DNA of 64,000 bases from Macrostomum lignano (lineage: Eukaryota). The stretch is from contig NIVC01003006.1 in NCBI GenBank assembly GCA_002269645.1, forward strand, positions 61,969 through 125,968. The letters are read 5' to 3'. Below the pieces are notes generated by a model, which was not told the origin of the DNA, did no database searches, and was given only the letters and a program-made list of their open reading frames with translations. The position numbers and the translations under genes were made by a program. This document shows, piece after piece, positions 1-13,200 of this stretch; position 1 is the stretch's first letter; each line of letters starts with the position of its first letter.

Positions 1-481
1 ACTGAGGGAGCTGATGGGTAAACAACTACAATAAACTGAGGTTGCTGATGGGTAAACAACTGCAATAAACTGAGTGGGCTGATGGATAAACAACTGCAAT
101 AAACTGAGGGGGCTGATGGGTAAACAACTGCAATAAACTGAGGGGGCTGATGGGTAAACAACTACAATAAACTGAGGGGGCTGATGGGTAAACAACTGCA
201 ATAAACTGAGGGTGCTGATGGGTAAACAACTACAATAAACTGAGTGGGCTGATGGGTAAACAGCTACAATAAACTGAGTGGGCTGATGGGTAAAAAACTG
301 CAATAAGCTGAGGGTGTTGGTGGGTAAACAACTGCAATAAACTGAGGGAGCTGATGGGTAAACAACTGCAATAAACTGAGGGTGTTGGTGGGTAAACAAC
401 TGCAATAAACTGAGGGAGCTGATGGGTAAACAACTGCAATAAACTGAAGGTGTTGGTGGGTAAACAACTGCAATAAACTGA
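1..481. repeat. 34-bp minisatellite (ACTGAGGGRGCTGATGGGTAAACAACTRCAATAA), about 14 copies, continues off the left edge
   Basis: ACTGAG recurs at 1, 35, 69 and onward; ORFs here are repeat artefacts. Confidence 0.95.
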
Positions 482-849
482 AAAATTGTGTATAGGCAAA
501 AAGCGGGACAATTGGCTTTAGTTTTACTATTATTCCAAAAGTGTAAACCGGAATTAAATATAATCTTGTTTTATATTTCAAACTAGAGAAAAAAACTCAC
601 AGGGAATTTGTGAGGAACAGATTTTGTTTCTGCTGGTCGGTAGGCATAGTTTTAATTGAGCAAACAGATGGATGGCCACATATGCAATCGATGGTCATTG
701 GTTCCAGATTGGTCAAAGCGCACGTTCATGATCAGCTGAACTGCTTTGGAAAACTAGATAGATGTCAGTGATTGATTTCTACTACCATTGATGGATTGTT
801 GGAATTAAAAGAACAAGATGAACTTTGAAATCAATTTTCAAGTCGAAGT

Positions 850-2843
850 CTACTTTCCACTGCCGGGCATGTAGCGCAGGTACTGCTTGCCGGAGGGCAG
901 ATCCCTGACCTGGGTGCCAGCCGGCGGGGTCTTGATAGACGGCGGCACGATGCAATCGTCGCCGGAGCGCCAGTTCACCGGCGTGGCAAAGCCGTTCTTA
1001 GCAGTCAGCTGGATGCTGTCGATAGCGCGCAGAATCTCGTCGAAATTGCGCCCAGTGGTGGCCGGGTACAGGATGGACATCTTGAGCTTCTTGTCCGCCC
1101 GATGAGGAACACGGTGCGGGCTGGCAGCGGCAGGCCCTCCTTGCCGATCTCGTTGGGGTCGAGCATCTGCAGCTGGACGGCCAGCTCGCGGCTCTTGTCG
1201 GCGATGATTGGGTAGGGCAGCGGCCGGCTGCAGTCCGTGGCACCGGACACGTGCATCACGTCCTTGGACCAGGCCTTTTGGGTTTTGATGAAAAGGCGTT
1301 TATAGTGACCGTTTTTTGCCCAAAAATCAATTCAAATTGAAATGATTAATTTGTTCTTGAACCAACCGGAGAATTGCCTATCAACCGTCCATCGAAAATC
1401 GTTCTTTATCTACTGTTAGAATCGCCTAATCCCACCTCCAGAGAATCGCCTCTAAACCACCCAGAGAATCGCCTCTAAACCACCCAGAGAATCGCCCCTG
1501 AACCACCCGAAGAAAAGCCTCTAAACCACCTAGAGAATCTTCCTAAAGCACCCGGAGAATCGCCCCTAAACCACCCAGAGAATCGCCCCTAAACCACCCA
1601 GAGAATCGCCCCTAAACCACCCAGAGAATCGCCCCTAAACCACCCAGAGAATCGCCTTTTAAACTAACTACCCAGAGAATCGCCTTTTAAACTAACTACC
1701 CAGAGAATCGCCGCTAAACCACCCGAGAAAATGCTTTAAGACCTAAGATAATAGGAGTAAAAAGCATAAAAAATGTCGCTCTGAATCCGGTAACATAATA
1801 TTATTAAAGCTTGTTCAGAGTATTAATATACTCACTCTTATCGCGCCTAAACAAAAAGATGATCAAGCACCAGCACGCCTTGCCTATAGGCTTATCAATT
1901 GTTGGACCCGATAACAAGGCTTAAGAGTCAGAGTACCAAAGTTAAAGACTTACTTAAGTTAACGAAGTTGCTTTTTCTTATCAATAATATTTTATTGCGT
2001 AAAAGCGCTAGACTGGACCTAAAATCTATGTCGGTCACCGTTGTTTGATAAAAATTCGGTCAGATTAAACAAGGCAAAAATCCAAAGGTAAAATTACATT
2101 TACCTTTATTACGATTCTCGAATATGCTATTGCTATCTATTTCCTTATCTATAACCTTTTAGAGACCCTGGGACAAAGCCGGCTGGTCTTGATCTGGACT
2201 TTGGGCTTATTTTTTCAGACGAATCCAAATTATGGCATCCTATAAAATAGGATTTGATTCAAAGTACAATATGTCCTGAGCCAATATATATCCAATAAAC
2301 AAATACAGTTAAATATTTTAATATTATAATCTTTGTTTATAAGAATATACATCCAGAAGGTAAGATCCTGGCTTTGGAGTTCGTGAAGTTAAATTCCATT
2401 CAAATTCGTGTCAGAAAGGACATTGTTAAAAAATTGTTCACCCAATAAACTGTCTTTAAAGATCTCGAAAACGACTACTCATTTGTTCATTGACAATGAC
2501 ATTGTCATTACCATTAGCCTTGCTTTTAATGCCAATTGGCAATAGTGTCTGTTTAAAAAGGAGTTTGATTAAAAAAGAACGGAAGGGAATGTCTCTTTGA
2601 GCTTGTTATTACCTTGTGATCTTCAACGGAATCCAACGAGATTGCAATCAGCTTAACTCCGCGCTTATCAAACTCGGGCTTCAGATTGACAACCCGAGCC
2701 AGTTCGGTAGTGCAAACCGGCGTGAAATCGGCCGGATGAGAGAACAGAATGGCCCAGGAGTCGCCAATCCATTGGTGAAAGTTGATGCGACCCTCGGTTG
2801 TGTCCGCGTCAAAATTTGGGAAAACTTCGCCAAGTCGGGCCAT
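850..2843 (-). CDS. PRDX6: 1-Cys peroxiredoxin (Prx6 family), exons 2843-2613 and 1274-850, about 218 aa after restoring one missing base near 1097
   Basis: Motifs [14 protein letters not shown] and GDSW, and C-terminal [17 protein letters not shown] and PVNW. GT donor after DHK and AG acceptor before AWSKDV join in phase 0. One added C in GGG-C(C)G-GAC restores [13 protein letters not shown]. Confidence 0.93.
1432..1725. repeat. about 23-bp minisatellite (CCACCCAGAGAATCGCCCCTAAA) in the Prx6 intron
   Basis: Directly visible tandem units. Confidence 0.9.
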
Positions 2844-5800
2844 TGTTGTCGTGTTTCTGTTTACGAGAAGTCTTGTGAGAGTGGGGTAGGCAAGAGTGAG
2901 AAAGGCAAAAAGCCTGGGTAGAAGAGTTATCTCTTTAAAAAGGCAAGACTATAACTATCAGCGGGGACTGGGGAGGTTGAGGTTGTATTGTAGCTCGAGT
3001 GTACAGTGTGGACCTAGAGCGAGGGGCCCGGGCCGGGGGGGGGCAAGTAAAATCAATAAAAAGTCTCTCTGCTTTCTGCCCTCAAACGGAGGGGATGTAC
3101 ACCGTGAAGGAAAAAGAATGTACACTGGGACCGGACTGACTGTACGCAGAATGCGGCTTGTTATCGGTACAGAGCGTTTTACTGCTGCGCAGTGCGCCTG
3201 CTGTGTATGCGATAAAGGCATGCCAAGTGGTAAATATAACTTAGGTCTCCTCCATTATACACACGTAAATGAGGCCAAAATTTCTTTGACAAAGAATTTG
3301 TTCTACACAAATTCAGCTGCAGCCAAGCTCTCAACTTCTCAAGCAACTACTTAAATAGGGGTATAGGAAAAACCCTTTAAATTCTGGTTCACTTGAAGCT
3401 CGTATATTACAATGGGAGTGCTTTATTAGCTCAAAATATCAAAACCCTGAAAACATGCTATAACAAAAACCGCGCCGTAGTTTTCGACGTGAAACTTCGA
3501 GTTTTGAACCCCCCCCCGACTATGGGCACGGGGTAATAAAGTGCTTGCTTTCTTATATATTAAATGCAATTAATAAGTGAAGTTAGTGCTCATTCAGTGT
3601 AGAAGCATAAAGTTAAAAAAATGAGATGAATTTTAAATAAAACATAGATTTAAACTAGCTGAGGAATCATTTAAAGAACTGAAATAAATTCTCTTTCTCC
3701 GCAACCAGCAGAAACAAAAGAAACAAAACAAAAGAAACGAAGATGTTTCTTGCCAGCGTAGCTAGTTCATTTGAAACCATAAATTTCAAATTTAGGAATT
3801 TTTATGCACAGGTTTTTTGTTTTTCTATTTTCATTTCTTCTGCATAAACTTTCTCGGAATGAGAAACTGATTATTTTACACTAACACTGCTCCAAACTCC
3901 AATCCAACATGCACAAAAGGTTGCATGAAAAAAATGGTTTCCAGTCTTTGAAAATATAAACCTTACACAAAATTTTACAATTCTCCAGCGCAGCGAAAAA
4001 ATGATTGCCGCGAAAACGTGCCAACTATTTTCTGTTGTTTTTTGGCTAGAGAAAAAGAGCATAATGACAGGCAAGATTGCTTATCCAGGGCAGCAACGGT
4101 CTGTGGATGAATGAACTAAAGGCTTTAGTCTTTAGACTCAAACCCTAACCCCGAGACTAATTAATGTACCACTCTTAAGGAAATGTTCATTTCGTAAATA
4201 TACAATGGTGCGAATGTACAGGCACAGTCAAACTGAACATTCTACGCACACTGCACTCTCGTCCTCAAGTGTAAAATTAGCTAAAGCAAGTTCCCTTTTC
4301 TAGCAGTGTATTTGCACGGGTTATAAATACGATGTGTTGCCCCAGTCTAACTCCATTCCAACAAGCATACACATACTCAGCCCTATATGCCTTGCTTTAC
4401 CAGCATCGATTTGGTAAGTTTGGTGTCTAATTCTTGAATTTATTTGCTTCAGGTTGCTACACTTTAGGAAGTAAGGGGCGCAGCACAGAGGTGTCACTTT
4501 GCATATGGAGCGCCCTACTTGGGCGCAATGGCGAGGCACCATTGACGGATGCCATACCTGGTGGGGCAGCCTGATAGGTCTCTTGAGCTGATTACACTGT
4601 TGTGATAAGGGGACATTTTCTTTGCCTTCAAACCCTTGTCTTTGCCCCTGACGCTGTATTTGCAGAGGTGTTCTAAGGTCTACATGCATGGGTACTCTCA
4701 TGTCCTCGGGTAGAGGGGGGTGCGGCTACCCCTGGATTCGCCCTTGTATAGAAAATCGTATCAAGAATTTTTCTAATTCAAAGACTAATTTTTTGTAGTT
4801 GTACACATTCGAACGTTGTAACAAGTTATGCCATATGGTCTACTAGCAGTAGGCTACCAGCATTTTTTATCTCTTTTTTCCCATGATGTGAAAAAAATTA
4901 CTACGAGCGTACGTATAATAAATAGGTCAATATTTTTTTCTGTTATTGTTAAATCAATATTTACGCTCGTATTCTTCTTAGAGTTTGATTTTTAGCTGTT
5001 TTCTCGTCGTAAATCATTTCTTGACAGCGAATAGACAGCGTCTGAAGCCAACCATCAAATTTGTGGGATAATTACGTGTAAATAATAACAATTATCGGGT
5101 CGAAAAGATTGCACAAACTGCTTAAATGATATTTTACGTATAACTTATTTCTACACACAGGCGGTCAATAAGCTAAGCATTCTATTTGTTCTACGCATTT
5201 ACAGTTTTGGACAATTACAATCGAAAAGAGTGCATAAAGCCAACATCACCTCTAGCATCGATGAGGCTGCATGGTTAGCCTGACGCTGGTCTCCAGGCGG
5301 ACCTGAATTTATTGCTTTGTTCTACTGCTTCAGTCTCTGTGAGCATCATGTCATTTTATTTCCTCAATCCTGACTGTACTGTACTAGAAGAATACTGTAT
5401 TGTAATAATTACAGAGCTTAAAGGCATTCTACGAGTAAGACGTGATTGCACGTAATTAGGAGGATATCCTATATGCTAAAATTGGATAATATAACGCAAA
5501 AAGCACGTATATATGCGACTTAGAAACAGTTTTTGTAGAACGAGCTACTTTTTACGTACATTAATGATTTGATCGAAAAATTCGCCATTTCGCTACCACA
5601 AATTACAAGCTTATCATGAACGCGTTGTGCTACGAGTTACAAGTGCTAGTAAAGGGAAATTTGAACAAGTTAAGATTGGTATCATTCCCATCGTCCTATT
5701 AACGGGCCTCGTAAAAGTTAGCGTAGTCTAGCTGGAATCGGACGCGGCTAATTATCATAACGCAGATACTTTGTTATTGATCGATCGGAAATTCGATCTG

Positions 5801-7236
5801 TCAAAAATTCTAAGGCGGTGATGAGTTATCCTTAGCGAGCACTTTGGTTGCTGTCTCTTCTCAACTGTCTGAGAACGCTCAATCCTGTTAATGCTATCCA
5901 TAAAGAACTTTCAGCATTATATAGTTCAACAAAATTGTCGCCAAAGTTTTCGAATTACTCGTGTTTTGTCTTGACAAAATTCCACATTTATACAATTCCG
6001 TAACACAGAAGTAGTGTTCTGCCGCAGTCGTCTAGGCATCTCACAAGAACAGGCAGAGACTTACTAACTTATGTTGTAACGGGTTTCTGATTGTTTACTT
6101 CAATACTTTATCAATAAACAATAGCGATACGTTTTTTTCTCTCGTCAATCATGAGGTCGCGAACTCACGAAGTGAAATACAAGTAGTTACCGAGAAAACA
6201 AACTGGAACAAAAACAAAATTTTATGTTGCCAACGCGCTTTGTCGTCACCAAATACTTTATACTCGTAAAATATTTACTTTATAAAAAATACGGCTGGTA
6301 TAATAAATTCATAAAGAACAGCATGTACAAAAATCCAAAGTCGAGTCGATTCAGTACGGTAAAGATTCAAACCTATAATAGGGGAAAGATGAAGGTAGAG
6401 AGGGAGAGAGTTATACGCTATATAGGTACAGCTCACAGTACTCTGAGCTCAGGCTCCACCCAATTACCAGCTAGCTGCATATATTCAAGCTGGACATTAT
6501 GATATGGGATGCTTGAATTATCTTAAGCTAATAGCCTTGTTTGCAAACACTGTGTTTTTAATTTGTGTTTTAACACTTAAAACAGCTGAATCGGTTTACT
6601 GACACAACATGATTTACACCCAAGCAGATGATCGATCATTAATTGCAGAGTTTTTTTTAGCATTTAGGCCGCTAGCTCATTAATTGCTCTTGAGTGCAAG
6701 TGTCGCTTGGTTTGCCCTATATAAGAAACACTCTGATCATCAGACCAGCAAAATTGGTAAACAACACCAGCCTTAAGAGCAAGAGGTTGCTCATAACCGT
6801 ACTTGTTTTTAGGTTTTCTTATGCCGTATCCAAATATTATATTTTTGTCGTGAGGCAGCTCAGTCCTAGTTTATAGTCTAGACTTCAGAGCTTAATCAGC
6901 TTTATCAGGGCAATTAGCTAAAATACGATTTTTCAAGTTAGGATACATGTACATCAGAAATTGGATTTATTTCACCGTTACACATCCAATACAGTTGTTT
7001 CATTAAAAAAATTAGTGTTTGGCTGCTCAGCTACAAAGGCTGCAAAGCAAGTCGTGCGAGCTATAAATTGCGAGCTATAAATACAAGCATATACGCTCGT
7101 AGCTGTGTTTTTAGGCTTGAAGTTTCTTGTTAAAGTTTCTCTATGTTGAAATTCAATTTATTTTTGAAGATATTGTCTCCATTTTTATGTCTACATGTAT
7201 ACGATGTGCGTTGCAGATTCACTACAAGTCACCATC

Positions 7237-10200
7237 ATGGATGATTTTTTTCGGCTGCTTGCCTCTATGTCAGCTGATAGTTCAGAGCTATCGGAAAATA
7301 TTGTAAAACAGCACAGTAAAATGCTGGAAAAAATGAAATCAAAAATGGAGCGAATGGAAAACCGTCTGCTAAGGTCCAAAAGTCTTCCAAAAGAGGTTCG
7401 GAAGTTGATTGTAGCAGCGAGAATAGGGAATCATTCTAAGTGTTCAGGAATCTTAGTAAAAGGCACAGACGTCAATAGCAGAGGAGCCAGCAATGAAACG
7501 GCTCTTTGTGCAGCAGCCTCTGGTGGACACTCAAACCTGTTAAATTTGCTTTTGGAGTATGGCGCGGATGTCAATGCTTCAGATGATGATGGGGACACTC
7601 CTTTGATGTATGCCGTCATGGCTGACGAACTAGGTTTCATCAAGTCCTTGGTAACCATCTGTGCGGATAAAGTTGATATCAATGCAAAGAACAAGTCTGG
7701 TAAGACAGGAATTGAGATGGCTTTTAAATCAGGAAAAGAGAAGATAGTGAAATTTCTCTCGCAAAGGAACGCAAAATTTGATTGCAAAGAAAAACAAAAA
7801 AAGACGCTTTTTAAGTACGCGGAAGAAGGCAAAACGTATTTCATTAAGTTTTGGTTTGAACAACATTCTGCGCGTGAAACTGCAATAAACATGACTTGGA
7901 GGTCGCGTACCTTGGCCTTGGTTGCGGCTCTTAATGGCAAACTGAACGTTATAAAAGTCCTGTACGACAATGGTGCCAACTTGGATATCCCCGACGAGGA
8001 CGGCGACACGCCTTTATTTTGTGCCGCACAGAACGGATTCAGTGAAATTATTAGGTTCCTCGTGAGTAAAAATTGTGATGTGAATCACAGAAACAAGACG
8101 GGCAGAACTCCAATTTCGGCAGCCATAGGAAGTAGAAACTTTGAAATCGCTCGCTACTTCTACGATCACGGAGCCAGACTAACAGTTGTTGACATGGAAA
8201 AAATTTCCCTGTTGCTATTGTCAGTAGCCTCTGGTTCAACTGAGTTATTTAAATTTATGTGTGAGCATCTTCCAGAAGAAAGTCTGCAATTCGACGAAGT
8301 TACAACGGACGGCGAGACATGCCTTCTTGCGGCGTCCCAAACCAATAACGTTGAAATATTTAAGGCCATATTGGCGAAAAAAGTGGATTTCAACCATAGA
8401 AACAAACATGGCATGTCAGCAGCCTTGCGAGCAGCACATAATAATCAGCTTGAGATGGTGAAACTGCTGCAGGAGTTTGGAGCCAACCTAGATCTACCAA
8501 ACAATGGCAACCAGACGGCGATTCTTTCTGCCGCCCAACAAGATAACATGCCTCTATTAAAACTTTTGGTAGATACTAATCGGTGCAACATTCACGTTCA
8601 AGACTACAATGGAGAGACACTTGTTTACCATGCAGTGAAAAATCGTGACATAGAAATGCTTTGCTTTCTGATCGAGTCCGGAGCCCCGATAGATGAAGCT
8701 GACGTATGTGGCAACACTCCATTTATTGTTGCAGTTCATGATGACTGCATTGAAGCAGTACAAAGGTTGGTTGAAAAAGGCCGAGTAAATTTGAACAGGA
8801 GAAATGCCAAAGGACACACAGCAGTTCTTCTAGCAGTAAACAATGAGTCAGAAAATATGCTGAAATATCTCCTTGGCCTAGGTTGCGAAAGTGACATAAG
8901 TGACAGATCTGGCGATACGCCCCTTTTGCTTGCGGTGAAGAAAAAGAATTACAAACTGGCAAAGCTTCTTACAACACAAGAGAACAAGGAGTGCGATTCG
9001 AACACTGCCGAAACGAAGACACGAAGTTCCTGCTTGCATGCATCAGCAAAAGCCACGAATCCTGCTTTTATCAATCTTCTAAGCCGAATAGGTGCGAATC
9101 TGGACATGGTGGATAGTGAGAGGAACACACCATTCGCAAAATCTGCTAAGAAGGATTCTGCTTACCTAACTATACTTTCCGCGAAAGGTGCAGATGTCAA
9201 CAGACGAAATTCTAGAGGTCAAAATGCAGCGCATTTGTGTACATTCCAAAAGATGAGCAATCTTGTAGTTCTTGAGGCCTTAGGCTGCTGTATTGATGTC
9301 GAAGATTTTGAAGGCAATGCTCCAATTCACCTGGCTGTAAAAATAGAGAATTATCCAGCGTAGAATTCCTGATCGAACAGGGCGCTGAAATCGATTTTCC
9401 CAACCGAAAGGGCAATACGCCCATACATTTAGCCTGCAAAAAGGGTTCGAGCGTTATATGCGAAAGTCTTCTTGAGCAAAATGCCAAGTTGAAAACAATG
9501 AACAATCGCAAGCAGACCGAATTGATGTTGGCCTGCACGTCCAGAAATGAAAATATAGTTAAAATTCTTCTAATGCGTTACAGTAAGGAGGAAATTAATC
9601 TACAAGATATATTCAGAAGGACTGCATTGCATTATGCTGTGAAGTCGAAAAGCGAAAACGCCGCGAACCGCTTGATCGAAGCTGGTGCAGATGTAAACAT
9701 TCTGGATATTGATGGTCTCGCACCTATTCTACTTGCAGCTAAAACAAGCCAATGGAACGTTCTCAGTAGGGCTGTAGAAAATATCGATTCGAATTTATTG
9801 CTCAAATCAAAGAATGGAGAATCAATAGCACACTTTGCAGCCTCTAACTCAAGCATTGAGACTCTGAAAAAGCTCAAAGAGAAGCTAGTACCACTGACGG
9901 AACTAACTGAAGAAAGTGAGTCCTGTCTAACTCTGGCTGCCACTGGCGGATCAATAGAAGTTTGTGAGTTCCTCATTTCTGAAGGAAATCAAGTCAGTCA
10001 CTGTAACAGAAAAGGCGAGAATGCAATTTGCAAGGCTGCTAAAGCAAAAAATTCTGAGCTGTTTTTCCATCTGGCTACTTGCCACAGAGCGGATTTTCTG
10101 CTCAAGGATGAAAACGGCAACAGTAGCCTCTACTATTTTCTAGACGGCTCCGAGAGCCTTGATCATTCTGCCATATCAGAACTCCTTCTGGACGTTGATG

Positions 10201-13200
10201 AACAGAACCTAATCGATCTCAATTCACAGGGATTCGGACTCTGTCATATGGCAGCCAAGAAAGATAGCGTCAAGCTCCTTCGCGAGCTGCGGGACCGTGG
10301 ATGGGATCTGAGTAAAACTACAGCAAGTGGCGAAACTTGTATCACTCTTGCAGCGAAAACCAGCGGATCAAAGGCACTGAAGTTTCTACTTGAACTCTCT
10401 CGTAACAAGGACGCAATGGAACCAGAGCTTTCCAAAAGTAAACAAGAGCAAGAGAAGGCTTTTCGAATTTGTGCTGAACTAGGAAAGATAGAACTGACTG
10501 ACGAGTTATTCAGTCGTGGTGTTAATGTCAACGCCACCGACGAAGAGGGCAACACTGCTTTGATGATAGCTTGTCAGCACAAGCAGAATGACTTTGCCTT
10601 AAGCCTACTTTCCAGGGAATCGATACCTCGAGTTGATGTGGATGTAAAAAACCAAAACGGATTCTCTGCACTTCATTTTGCCAGCAAGAATCAGCTTACT
10701 GATTGCGTTGAAAAGCTGCTCAGCCTTGGAGCCAAAACTGACTCTGGTAATTCCGAAGGTTACACCTGTCTACATGAGGCCGTGAGGGGCCCTGACTCGA
10801 CTGACGTTGCCGAACTACTAATAGATTCTGGCTGTGATGTTAATCAGAAGACCTCTAGCGACGAGACAAGTTTATTGTTGGCACTTAAAAAAGGAAGTAA
10901 GAAATTGACTAAGTTTCTGATTAGTCGAGGAGCAAGAGTGGATGCAGAAAAAGTTCCAATATCTTTGGTGGTAAAAAAGTTCTTGTCGCAGGGCCGAAGA
11001 GAAATCATAACTTGGCTACTCAAGCTCGAACCAAAGCTGGATGTAAACAAAGTCGATGCTGATGGCCGTCATGTACTTTTTGACGTCATCGACCATGGAG
11101 CGGAAGAAATCCTGAGGCTTTTCATTTCTATTGGAGCCGATATTGACTGCGAAGACAAACGTAGTGTCACACCATTTCTTCACGCTTTAGCAGTTGGCAG
11201 AGAAGATTTAGCAAAGGTATTGCTTGAACGAGGTTGCAACACTGAGAAACGAGCGGCCAATGGATTTGATTGTGTTTTGGCTGCTGTCTCTACGAGGCGT
11301 CTCTTCACTCTAAAATGGTTGTTTAATCATGTATCCGGACTAAACAGTCGTCCACAAGCAGAGATCAGAGGTAAAAATGCGTTGCACTTTTGCTGCCAAA
11401 TTGGACACCCACAGATGTTTAAACTGCTGCTTGAGAATGGCTTCGATCTGAACAAACAGTGCGATATTGGCTGGACTCCCATAGACTACGCGATAGCCGA
11501 AGGGCATCTGGCGATTATAAAGGCAGCAGATGCAATACAGAACAGGACCTTCTTGAGTAGATACGAACATCATGCAAACACGGCAAGTGATGTACCGTCA
11601 CCTTTCGCTAAAGCTGCTGCTAACGGCTATGAAAGCATATTCAAGTTTCTCCATTCAATCGGTGTTAACTTTGAGGGCATAGCCGATACAACCATTCCGT
11701 TTGCGTGTGGAAATGGACAGCAGCACATCATTAAATTTCTTCTTTCCGTTGGAGTTGATATCGAAGCGTATAAGAATCCAAAAAATGGCCAAACGGCTCT
11801 TCTTACAGCCATGTATTCGGGTGATTTGCACTTGATTAGCTTCCTTGTTGACAAAATTAGGTGTGACATTCGAGCTGTCTGTCATAACAGAAACACTGCT
11901 ATTCAAGGAGCAGTCACTACGAACCAAGAAAGAATCCTGAATTATCTCATTAGCAAGGGTGCACTAATTGACGAACCGGATGCCGAAGGAGACACTCCTG
12001 TTCTTGAAGCAGCACTTCTTGGACACCAGCGTATGCTAGACATCTTATTAGACCACAACTGCAACATAAAGAGGCTGAATAATCAGGCTCGAGGTGCTAT
12101 TCATATGGCTGTTATAAAAAATGACAACCCAGAAATGCTCCAGTTCCTAATCGATAAAGAAATCCCGCGAACGGCAGGGATGAAAAAGGCAACACTGCCT
12201 GCATGATCGCCAGCTACCAAGGTCACCAAAAATCAGTAAAGCTCCTGCTTGAGCACGACCGAAGCCTCGGAAAAGAACGAAACGCAGACGGTTCAACGCC
12301 AGCACTGCTGGCCGCAATGAAAGGCAAGCATGAGGTTCTTCAAGTTCTGGCAGAAAATGATTGTTTGGAAGCTAATGACGTAGACAACGATGGCAGCACA
12401 ATCCTGATGATGGCCATTCAGTCCGGCTCTGTGCCAACAGTAAGAATGCTTCTGGAAACGGGTGACTGCAACACAACTGCTGTGAACAACAATGGGATTG
12501 GCGTTCAAACGCTGGCGACGCAGTGTCGCGATGAAGCGATGCTGGAGCTACTGAGGCAGTTCGGTATTGAAGGCCAACTGGCAGAGGCTGAGGCAACTGA
12601 GGCGCAGCAAACGTAAGATTTTTTATTTTTGCCAAACTGTACTATCAATTTCCCGCTGTTATTCTTATTCCGATAGTAATTTTACCTATCTTAATTTTAC
12701 CGGGGCCGTAGCCCAGCGGTAGCGCAGCTGCTCTGGTGTGCCAGCGACCCAGGCTCGATTCCAAGTGCAGTCACATTAATTTGGGGCTAAATTGGAATCT
12801 CGGCTTGGCTCTTCTCGTGCAATTAACGGCCTTGAGAGTCAACCCCCCAAGGCGCAGTGAAGTGTACATGCCTAACGATAAAATAAAGTTAGGGCCACTG
12901 TACACTCCTGTGTGAGTGTGTGCCTGCGCGTATGACTGCGTACGTATCCGCGCGCTTGTATGCCTGCTCAGGGGAGTCGGCGGAATGGGCAGAAATGCCT
13001 CTCACCGGTTGTGTGCCTATGTCGTTTAAAGTGCGTTAGGGTGCACACAACCCCCTGCCTGTAATAAAAAATTTTTTACCTAAGACTTAAGGGTCTTATT
13101 TTGTTAGTAAGTGTCGTTCATTTAAAAAGAATTAACTGTTGTCTCGGATCAAATGCTCGATATTCGTAGTTTGTAATTAAATAAATTCGCTGGATTTATA

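Noticed and set aside
2616-3354. Plus-strand ORFs 2616-2921 and 2896-3354
   Set aside because: Antisense to Prx6 exon 1 or within its upstream region; no recognisable motifs.
4141-4151. Telomere-like AACCCTAACCC
   Set aside because: Fewer than two full units; expected by chance.
4380-4572. Possible 39-nt intron and short spliced ORF
   Set aside because: No recognisable homology, start or neighbouring exons.
9350-9365. Programmed frameshift or stop readthrough in the ankyrin gene
   Set aside because: No slippery heptamer seen; readthrough would not restore the frame; two other similar 1-bp deletions point to sequencing error.
12702-12775. tRNA genes (also 20500-20573, 20735-20790, 51345-51410)
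   Set aside because: A/B boxes are present but no convincing cloverleaf; the first two continue into SINE bodies and the others are degenerate heads.
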